Positions 15,997 through 23,650 of a DNA stretch of 24,914 nucleotides are shown in pieces. The notes under the pieces are model-generated. The model did not search any database and was not told where the DNA came from. It saw only the letters and a list, made by a program, of their open reading frames with translations. The first letter of the stretch is position 1. Every line of letters starts with the position of its first letter. A program made the translations under genes and the position numbers. The stretch covers positions 1 through 24,914 of the forward strand of contig CADCPE010000074.1 in the NCBI GenBank assembly GCA_902803275.1. Direction: 5' to 3'. Source of the DNA: an uncultured Erysipelotrichaceae bacterium (lineage in GTDB: Bacteria > Bacillota_I > Bacilli_A > Erysipelotrichales > Erysipelotrichaceae).

Positions 15997-16835
15997 CCGA
16001 TCTCCCGGTGTTTTATATAGCACATGTATTTGTCTTTATAGTACTCATAAAGATAGATAGCCATGGTGACGCTGCGGTGCTGACCGCCGGTACAGCCGAT
16101 GCAGATAGTCAGGTGGCGCTTTTCCTCGTTATCGTAAGCCTTGAACATGAAATCCAGATATGACGTAACTTTCTTGATATAGCGCTGAGTCATTTTGGAA
16201 TTCAAGACGTAGTCTCTTACCGGTTTGTCTTTGCCGGTCTTGTGTTTGAGCTTGTCGACATAGAACGGATTATCCAACATCCTGACATCAAAGACGACAT
16301 CCGCATCATCAGGCACGCCGTTTTTGAAACCGAAGGATTCAAAAGTGATGGCCAGGTTGTTGTAGTCGTCATAGGCCATGATCCTGTCCATCTTTTCCTT
16401 GAGCTGCTTGGCATTCATATTGGAAGTATCAAGCACATGGACGTTCTTCTTCTTGTATTTGTTGATGATGTTCTTCTCGATCTCAAAAGCTTCTTCGATG
16501 GTCGAAGCCGTATTGGATATCACCAGAGGATGGACTCTTCTGGAGAACTTGTAGCGGTTGATGATCGTATCCTTGTTCGCATCAAGCAGGATCAGGGTCG
16601 AATCGAAGTTGGAATTATCCAATAGATTCGAGAAACGGTCAAGGTCACTCAAAACGACCGTCAGGGCGACGTTGTCATATTTGAATGAATTATCGTTTTC
16701 AATAAGTTCAATGAGGTCAGGTAAAAGCTCGGCCGGATACTGGTCTATACAGGTGAAACCCATATCTTCCATGATGTTGGAAGCAGTCGACTTGCCGGCT
16801 CCGGAAATACCACTTATAAGCACTAGTCTCTTCAT
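15993..16835 (-). CDS. rapZ: RNase adapter / P-loop nucleotide-binding protein RapZ (YvcJ)
   Basis: ISGISGAGKS, ESFGFKNGVPDDADVVFDVRMLDNPFYV, IGCTGGQHRSV. Confidence 0.97.
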   Translation of the reverse strand: MKRLVLISGISGAGKSTASNIMEDMGFTCIDQYPAELLPDLIELIENDNSFKYDNVALTVVLSDLDRFSNLLDNSNFDSTLILLDANKDTIINRYKFSRRVHPLVISNTASTIEEAFEIEKNIINKYKKKNVHVLDTSNMNAKQLKEKMDRIMAYDDYNNLAITFESFGFKNGVPDDADVVFDVRMLDNPFYVDKLKHKTGKDKPVRDYVLNSKMTQRYIKKVTSYLDFMFKAYDNEEKRHLTICIGCTGGQHRSVTMAIYLYEYYKDKYMCYIKHREIG

Positions 16836-16841
16836 GATTTA

Positions 16842-16852
16842 GTTATACCACA
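16842..16852 (-). promoter_or_regulatory. Extended -10 promoter of the rapZ operon (leaderless geometry)
   Basis: TGTG-G-TATAAC, 6 nt before ATG 16835; no SD. Confidence 0.55.
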
Positions 16853-16917
16853 TTTTATGGTGTTTCACATCTGATTTTGATGTGATCGATGATCGTTTTT
16901 CGCTTTATATCCTTATA

Positions 16918-18890
16918 TCAGTTCTCATCTCTAAGCTCATACAGGATATCACGCAGTTCTGCAGCTCTTTCAAAATTCAGCTGTTTGGCGGCCTGTTTCA
17001 TCTCGGCCTCGATCGAAGCCAACAGCTTCTCTTTTTCCGCCTTGCTGTGTTTCTTCTTCTCGCGGTATTTCTTTGTCATCTCCTTGGTTTCTTTCGAATG
17101 GATGACTTCACTTATCTCCTTGACGATCGATCTAGGCGTGATATTATTCTCTTCGTTGTATTTTTCCTGAATGCCTCTTCTTCTGTTTGTTTCATCGATC
17201 GCGATCTTCATGGAATCGGTAATGCTGTCCGCATACATGATGACCCGGCCATTGACATTTCTGGCAGCTCGTCCGATGGTCTGGCTCAGAGATCTTGAGC
17301 TTCTAAGGAATCCTTCCTTGTCCGCATCAAGTATCGCAATAAGCGAAACTTCCGGGATATCCAGTCCTTCTCTTAACAGGTTGATGCCGACAGCACATCG
17401 TATTTGCCCTCTCTAAGATCATGGATGATCTCGCTTCTTTCCAGAGTCTTGGTCTCATGGTGAAGATAGGCAACCTTGAAATTCTGCTTCTTGAAATAAT
17501 CCGTGAGATCTTCTGCCATCTTCACTGTCAGAGTCGTGACTAAAGTACGCTCATTGTTTTCAATGTTTTTCCTGATCTCTTCCATCAGATCATCGATCTG
17601 ACCGGAAGTCTTTCTGACTTCAACATGAGGGTCAAGCAGTCCGGTCGGACGGATCAGCTGCTCGACAGGCTTGCCTGAATGTTCAAGCTCATAGTCGCCA
17701 GGAGTTGCCGACATGTAGATGCGCGGAGCATTCAGCTCTTCCCATTCCTCAAAAGTCATCGGGCGGTTTTCCAAAGCGCTTGGCAGTCTGAAGCCATATT
17801 CAACCAGCGTCAGTTTCCTGGCGTGATCGCCGTTGTACATGCCTCTGATCTGCGGCAGGGAGACATGGGATTCATCGACCACGATCAGAAAATCATCCCC
17901 GAAATAGTCAAAAAGGTTGTACGGTCTTTCTCCCGGTACTCGATGGTCTATGTGCATGGCATAGTTCTCAATGCCTGAGCACATGCCCATTTCTCTCAAG
18001 GCTTCAATATCATAGCGGCAGCGCTGCTCCAGTCTTTCATATTCGACAGCCTTGCCCTTTTCCTTGAAATACTTGAGTCTTTCTTCAAGTTCGATCTCAA
18101 TGTTGTCACAGGCGATGTTGATATCTTTCTGATTTCTGGCATAGCCGGAAGCCGGGAAGAAAGAATAGACAGTATAGCCGTCCAGGACATTCTTGGTTAC
18201 CGGATCGATCTCGGTGATCCTTTCGATCTCCTCATCAAACATCTCGATGCGGATGATGAACTTATCCGTATGGCCTGGGCACACCTCGATAACATCGCCC
18301 TTCACTGAGAAGGTACCTCTTAATCTGTCGATATCATTGCGCTGATACTGCATGACTACCAGTCTCTTGATCAGATCCTGACGGTCGATCATTTCCCCGA
18401 CCTTCAAAGAGAAAAACATATCCTTGTAGTCTTTAGGATTGCTGCCGGCATAGATGCAGGCGACCGAAGCTACGACGATCACATCTCTTCTTTCCAAAAG
18501 CGAGTTATAAGCCGACATCCTGAGCATATCGATCTCATCGTTGGTCACGGCGTTTTTTTCAATATATGTATCAGTCTTAGGCATGTAGGCTTCAGGCTGA
18601 TAGAAATCAAAGTTCGAGATGAAATATTCAACCGCATTGTTTGGAAATAAAGCTTTGAATTCTGAATAAAGCTGCCCGGCCAGAGTCTTATTATGTGCAA
18701 AGACAAGCGTCGGCTTGTTTACCCTTTGGATGACGTTGGCGATCGTAAAAGTCTTGCCTGTACCGGTCGCACCTAAAAGGACCTGTTCATGCTTGCCCTC
18801 ATTCAGACCTTCGACCAGTTTGTTGATGGCTTCAGGCTGATCGCCGGTCGGCTTGTATTCAGATACAAGTTGAAATAATTTCTCTTCCAT
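16918..18890 (-). pseudogene. uvrB: Excinuclease ABC subunit B, with a 1-nt frameshift at ~17391 (recent lesion or sequence error)
   Basis: [33 protein letters not shown]. After YDVL the sequence CTG-TC-GGC lacks one G. Restoring it gives [15 protein letters not shown]...GRAARN...FERAAELRD, 657 aa, ending TGA 16920-16918. Confidence 0.92.
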
Positions 18891-18897
18891 ATTCATC

Positions 18898-18903
18898 ATT
18901 ATA
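18898..18903 (-). promoter_or_regulatory. Putative -10 box of uvrB (leaderless geometry)
   Basis: TATAAT 7 nt before ATG 18890 (MEEKLF). TTGCGG lies 16 nt upstream of the box. A second perfect TTGACA is at 18963-18958. Confidence 0.5.
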
Positions 18904-19028
18904 ATCCAGGATCAGGCAACCGCAAAATGACATGCAATTATTGAATAGTGTTCTGTTTGTCAACTGTTTGATTAATTGAAGTGATGTGAGAAAAGCCTTG
19001 GATGCAGACGCAAGACAATCCGTCACAT

Positions 19029-19053
19029 AAAAGCACCGGCATGAACCGGTGCT
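19029..19053 (-). terminator. Intrinsic terminator-like hairpin upstream of uvrB
   Basis: Minus strand reads AGCACCGG-TTCATG-CCGGTGCT-TTT. Confidence 0.65.
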
Positions 19054-19140
19054 GGTCTATAAATCGAGCTGACTTCTTTTCTTAATGATCGATTCCTGTT
19101 ACAGGCAAAGAGTAATGCCTTTTATGCAGATAAGAACATT

Positions 19141-19167
19141 AAAAAAGATGATCATATTGTGATCATC
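19141..19167 (-). terminator. Terminator of the membrane protein gene
   Basis: Minus strand reads GATGATCA-CAATA-TGATCATC-TTTTTT. Confidence 0.75.
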
Positions 19168-19197
19168 CTTTCAAAAGATATTGTTTTTGAAGTTCTA

Positions 19198-19914
19198 TTA
19201 TTCTTCAGTCGCAACGCCTGAGACACCATCCTGTTTAGCACAGGTCTTGCACAGTCTGACGCGGTTATTGGCGATGGCTTGCTCAACGGTACCATAAGTA
19301 AGTGTTTCGGTACGGTTTAAATGTGAACAGTCATCATGCGTATGATAAACCTTGCCAAATGTTGTCCAGTAAACTGTCTTTCCGCCTAAAGTATTCTGCG
19401 CAGCCTGCAGCTGTTCGGAAGAAACCGGATTGAAATCGTAAGATGCAACACCGCCGATCATCAGACAGATAACGGCCGCAACTGTAGCGATGGTCTTGGT
19501 CTTTTTATCGGCATTCTTGTCTGTCAAAGCCAGGATCGCAAACGGTACGAAGGCAACAGAGGCAACGATGACGCCCATGTTGTTCCACAGCCAGAATTTA
19601 GTCTTGTTCTTTTCGGAGATAGGATCGATGTGGTTGGCTTTCTTCCATAACTGCGAACCGATGATGACGCAGATAAGATCCAGTACCAGGAAACAGATCA
19701 GCTGCCAGATCTGCGGCATAAACTGCAGGTCGAGTTTGCCAAGATATACCATCAGAGCACAGATTTCCAGTGCAAATGCCAAAACCCAAAGAACAATAGC
19801 CCACACGCGCAGCGGTCCGGCATTGCCTACCGGTTTTGCTTCCTTGCGCTTCTGCGTAGTTGTTGACACTTCGCTGTCAGCTGCAACATATTTTTTCTTT
19901 TTCTTTTCAGCCAT
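19198..19914 (-). CDS. Uncharacterised membrane protein (about 4 hydrophobic segments) with a C-terminal His/Cys putative metal-binding domain
   Basis: SD AGGAGG; Lys-rich N-terminus; four hydrophobic stretches; C-terminal VYWTTFGKVYHTHDDCSHL...CKTC. Confidence 0.8.
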   Translation of the reverse strand: MAEKKKKKYVAADSEVSTTTQKRKEAKPVGNAGPLRVWAIVLWVLAFALEICALMVYLGKLDLQFMPQIWQLICFLVLDLICVIIGSQLWKKANHIDPISEKNKTKFWLWNNMGVIVASVAFVPFAILALTDKNADKKTKTIATVAAVICLMIGGVASYDFNPVSSEQLQAAQNTLGGKTVYWTTFGKVYHTHDDCSHLNRTETLTYGTVEQAIANNRVRLCKTCAKQDGVSGVATEE

Positions 19915-19986
19915 AGATTATCCTCCTATTGATTATATGTAATAAGTTTTCTATGAATTAATTATAGATCAATTTTCAATCAATGT

Positions 19987-20799
19987 TTAGATGTCAAGAA
20001 AATCTTTACGGTAGTTAACATTGAAATACTCCGCCAGGTTTTTAAGATCTTCGTCAGTGATCGGATTGATGATCTTCCTTTCGCCGATGATGTTGTAGAT
20101 CATGGCGGCCTTCTCGACTGTTTCTACCAGGCCGAAGGCCTCATCAAGCGAAGAACCGACGCCATATATTCCGTGATTTGGCCAGATCACGATCCGATAC
20201 TGTTTCATCTTTTCGGCCGTCGCCTCGCCGATCTCGTTGGTGCCGCAGACCATCCAAGGCAAAGTGCCGATGCCATCAGGGAAAACGATGATGCATTCGT
20301 TGTTCATCTTCCAGATCGTCCTGGTGAATTCACGGTCACTGATCGGGTGAATGAAAGTCATGGCCATGATGTTCTGGGGATGCGTGTGAAGGACTACTCT
20401 GTTGCTTGGATCGACTGAAAGCCTGGCGATATGCGACATCAGATGTGCCGGTGTTTCACTGGTGAATTTCCCTCCGTCTTTAAAGCCCCACATGAGCTCA
20501 GATGTGCTCCCGTCTTCCTTTATGCGGATGATGCCCAGGTTGTTTTCCGGATCATCTTCGCAGTTCTTGAAATACTTGCCGGTACCGGTCATCAGAAAAT
20601 ATCTGCCGGCAAGTTTCTTCGCATCAAAACCCAGCGGCAATTCTCTGATCACTTCATCTATCTCATATTCCTTTACTTCTTCATCACTTAGAAGATATGA
20701 TATGTTGCCGCCGTTTCGCTCGTCCCAGCCAAGACGATACATGTTGGAAGTCGTCTTGACGAATTCCTTGAGAAACGGTGCATTCATTATGTTTTTCAT
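19987..20799 (-). CDS. rhaD: Rhamnulose-1-phosphate aldolase (class II)
   Basis: GWDERNGGNIS, TGTGKYF, TSETPAH (catalytic Glu), HTHP and WPNHG (Zn ligands), AFGLVETVEKAA. Start MKNIMN at 20799 follows GAAGGCGG; alternative start 20817. Confidence 0.93.
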   Translation of the reverse strand: MKNIMNAPFLKEFVKTTSNMYRLGWDERNGGNISYLLSDEEVKEYEIDEVIRELPLGFDAKKLAGRYFLMTGTGKYFKNCEDDPENNLGIIRIKEDGSTSELMWGFKDGGKFTSETPAHLMSHIARLSVDPSNRVVLHTHPQNIMAMTFIHPISDREFTRTIWKMNNECIIVFPDGIGTLPWMVCGTNEIGEATAEKMKQYRIVIWPNHGIYGVGSSLDEAFGLVETVEKAAMIYNIIGERKIINPITDEDLKNLAEYFNVNYRKDFLDI

Positions 20800-20821
20800 A
20801 GTTTTTTCCGCCTTCATCCTT

Positions 20822-20850
20822 ATTATATGATGTATGATAGTTGATGGAAA
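20822..20850 (-). promoter_or_regulatory. Putative promoter of rhaD
   Basis: TTTCCA (20850-20845) - 17 nt - TATAAT (20827-20822). Confidence 0.5.
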
Positions 20851-20862
20851 GAAGGAAAAAGT

Positions 20863-22197
20863 ATGGCTAAATTTGAAACAATCAGTGAAAAGAAACTGGC
20901 TCAGTTAAACAAGGATTATCTTGCGGACAACGAAGCCAGGATCATCAGAAACGCCTTAACCGAAAACGACATCTCAAAGATCTCGAGAAGATTCGAAGCC
21001 AAGCAGGACAACCCGAATCTCTTCTCGATCGATATCAAGACCCTTCCGGTCACCGATCAGGAAAGATCCGGAAGATGTTGGCTGTTCTCGTCAATGACGA
21101 TCTTAAGAGAGATGCTCGCAAAGAAATACAAGATCAAGGATCAGTTTGAACTGTCACAGAACTACATCGCTTTCTATGACAAGCTCGAAAAAACAAACTA
21201 CTTCCTGGAATCGATGCTGGCGGAAGCAGATAAACCGTTAAACGATGAAACAGTAAGATACCTCCTGCAGGTCGCGATCGGTGACGGTGGACAGTGGGAC
21301 ATGATGGTATCGCTGGTCAAGAAATATGGCATCTGTCCAAAGACCGCCATGCCCGAGACCTTCCAGTCCTCGCATACCGCAGCCATGAACAAGATCCTCA
21401 ACAGAAGGCTGAGAAAATTCGCGGCTGACATCAGAAAAACCGCTGATCTCAAAGAAAGAAAAGACCTGAAGGACGAATGTCTTAAGCAGTGCTACGGATT
21501 GCTGTGTGACTGCTTTGGCGTCCCGCCTAAATCATTCACCTTTGAATTCTACGACACCAAAGACAAGTATCATGCCTATTATGATGTCACACCAAAGGAA
21601 ATGTATGAAAAATACCTTGGTACAGACCTTGATGACTATGTCGGTATCATCAACGGTCCAACCAAAGACAAGCCGTTTTATCAGACATATACGGTCAAAT
21701 ATCTGGGCAATGTTGCCGGAACTGAAAATGAAGTCTTCTTCCTCAACCTGCCGATCAAAGATTTCAAGGATCTGATCCTCAAACAGCTAAAGGACGGCAA
21801 GATCGTCTGGTTTGGCTGTGACTGCGGCAAGGATGGCGATCGTGAACACGGTCTTTGGGACGACATGGCCTTTGATTATCAGAATACTCTGAAGGTCGAT
21901 CAGACGATGTCCAAGGAAGACATGCTGGATTCAAGGGAATCGGCCATGAACCATGCCATGGTCTTCACCGGCGTCAATCTTGTAAACAATAAACCTAACC
22001 GCTGGAAGATCGAAAACTCCTGGGGTGAAAAAGCAGGCATCAAGGGCTACTATATCTGTTCTGATACCTGGTTCGATCAGTATGTCTATGAAGCTGTCGT
22101 CGAAAAGAAATATCTGAACAAGAAACAGCTTGCTGCACTAAAGAAAAAACCGATCGTTCTTGATCCATGGGATCCGTTCGGTTCTCTGGCTGACTGA
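20863..22197 (+). CDS. pepC: Aminopeptidase C / bleomycin hydrolase (C1B cysteine peptidase)
   Basis: DQERSGRCWLF (Gln/Cys), SQNYIAFYDKLEK, DGGQW, MNHAMVFTG (His), WKIENSWG (Asn), PWDPFGSLA. SD GAAGGA. Confidence 0.97.
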   Translation: MAKFETISEKKLAQLNKDYLADNEARIIRNALTENDISKISRRFEAKQDNPNLFSIDIKTLPVTDQERSGRCWLFSSMTILREMLAKKYKIKDQFELSQNYIAFYDKLEKTNYFLESMLAEADKPLNDETVRYLLQVAIGDGGQWDMMVSLVKKYGICPKTAMPETFQSSHTAAMNKILNRRLRKFAADIRKTADLKERKDLKDECLKQCYGLLCDCFGVPPKSFTFEFYDTKDKYHAYYDVTPKEMYEKYLGTDLDDYVGIINGPTKDKPFYQTYTVKYLGNVAGTENEVFFLNLPIKDFKDLILKQLKDGKIVWFGCDCGKDGDREHGLWDDMAFDYQNTLKVDQTMSKEDMLDSRESAMNHAMVFTGVNLVNNKPNRWKIENSWGEKAGIKGYYICSDTWFDQYVYEAVVEKKYLNKKQLAALKKKPIVLDPWDPFGSLAD

Positions 22198-22200
22198 TCA

Positions 22201-22227
22201 GGGTTCTGCATCTGCAGAGCCTTTTTT
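22201..22227 (+). terminator. Intrinsic terminator of pepC
   Basis: GGGTTCTGC-ATCT-GCAGAGCC-TTTTTT. Confidence 0.85.
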
Positions 22228-22279
22228 ATTGCCTTGCGAATTGCATATATTAAAATTTAGTTATACGAGGGAAACAGTT

Positions 22280-23464
22280 ATGCAATACAGAAAAGACAAA
22301 CACGGTGAAAACATTTCCGTACTGGGATACGGCTGCATGCGCTTCACCAGCAGAAACGGCAAGATCGATATCGATAAGACCGAGACCGAGATCATGGAAG
22401 CTTATCGCAATGGTGTCAACTATTATGACACGGCCTATATGTATCCGGGAAGTGAAGCAGCTCTGGGACTGATCCTGGAAAGGAACGCAATCAGGGATAA
22501 GGTCAATATTGCCACCAAGCTTCCGCAGTATATGATCTTTTCCAGGAAGGATCTTGATAACTACTTCAGTGAAGAACTAAGCAGACTCAGGACTGACCAC
22601 GTGGATTACTATCTCATGCATCATATGACGGATTTTGTGCAATGGGAAAAGCTGAAGAAGATCGGGATCGAAGAATGGATCATAGAAAAGAAAGAGAAAG
22701 GTCAGATCAGAAACATCGGCTTTTCATATCACGGCAACAGCGAGATGTTCATCAAGATCCTGGAAGATTATGACTGGGACTTTGCGCAGATCCAGTATAA
22801 CTATCTCGATGAGAATACGCAGGCCGGCCGAAAGGGTCTTGATAGGGCTGGCGAACTGGGGATCCCGATCATCATCATGGAACCATTAAGAGGAGGCAAG
22901 CTTGTAAACATGCTTCCGGAAAAGGCCAAGGAGCTCATCAAAAACAACAAGCGTGGTTACTCCGCTGCCGAATGGGGCTTCAGATGGCTGTTCAACCAGA
23001 AGAATGTCACGGTCATTCTTTCCGGGATGAATTCCCTGGATATGGTCAAAGAAAACTGCCGCATCGCCGATACAAGTCAGATCGATTCCTTTACCAAGGA
23101 AGATTTTGAACTGATTGAAGATATCATCAAGGAGATCAAAGCCAAAGAGAAAGTCGGCTGTACAGGCTGCCGCTATTGCATGCCTTGCGTCAAAGGCATC
23201 GATATCCCGGGAACTTTCAACGCCTATAACCGCATGTATACCGAATCCAAGCATGACGGCAGATTCCAGTATGCACAGGCTGTTGCCTTAAGAAAAGATG
23301 TGACTTTCGCTACAGCCTGCATCAAGTGCGGCAAATGCGAACAGCACTGCCCGCAATCCATCCCGATCAGAGAAAAACTGGTTGAAGCCGATAAGGCCCT
23401 AAGACCTTTGCCATACAGGATCGGCATCAATCTTGCCAGAACATTCCTTTTAAGAAAAAAGTAA
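22280..23464 (+). CDS. Aldo/keto reductase with C-terminal 4Fe-4S dicluster-type domain
   Basis: ISVLGYGCMRF, NYYDTAYMY..SE, IATKLP, DYYLMH, IGFSYHG, QIQYNYLD, MEPLRGG; CTGCRYCMPC and CIKCGKCEQHCP. SD GAGGGA. TTGCCT-16-TAAAAT upstream (22229-22256). Confidence 0.92.
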   Translation: MQYRKDKHGENISVLGYGCMRFTSRNGKIDIDKTETEIMEAYRNGVNYYDTAYMYPGSEAALGLILERNAIRDKVNIATKLPQYMIFSRKDLDNYFSEELSRLRTDHVDYYLMHHMTDFVQWEKLKKIGIEEWIIEKKEKGQIRNIGFSYHGNSEMFIKILEDYDWDFAQIQYNYLDENTQAGRKGLDRAGELGIPIIIMEPLRGGKLVNMLPEKAKELIKNNKRGYSAAEWGFRWLFNQKNVTVILSGMNSLDMVKENCRIADTSQIDSFTKEDFELIEDIIKEIKAKEKVGCTGCRYCMPCVKGIDIPGTFNAYNRMYTESKHDGRFQYAQAVALRKDVTFATACIKCGKCEQHCPQSIPIREKLVEADKALRPLPYRIGINLARTFLLRKK

Positions 23465-23628
23465 TCACGATCATTAATGAAAACATTATGGAAATTATCT
23501 AAAGAAGCAATACGCTATATCACTTTGCTCCATTATTAATAGAAGAGGCTCAAGAGAAATTGTTTCAGGAATGTTAAAACGGAAATTTAAGAGAAACGTA
23601 TAGACTTATATACCCCAGATTTATCAGA

Positions 23629-23643
23629 ATAATGTTACATTAT
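23629..23643. promoter_or_regulatory. Perfect 7-1-7 inverted repeat, putative repressor operator of the MATE gene
   Basis: ATAATGT-T-ACATTAT, ending 7 nt before ATG 23651. Confidence 0.5.
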
Positions 23644-23650
23644 ATTTGTA

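Noticed and set aside
16918-17238. Separate 106-aa gene downstream of uvrB
   Set aside because: It is the UvrB C-terminus (MYADSIT...FERAAELRD), separated by the frameshift.
19002-19085. Small ORFs in the uvrB upstream region (27 aa plus strand; 34 aa minus strand)
   Set aside because: No SD, no recognisable features, and they cross hairpins.
23465-23650. Guanidine-IV or other riboswitch upstream of the MATE gene
   Set aside because: The region is AT-rich with no GC-rich terminator hairpin or aptamer-like stems.
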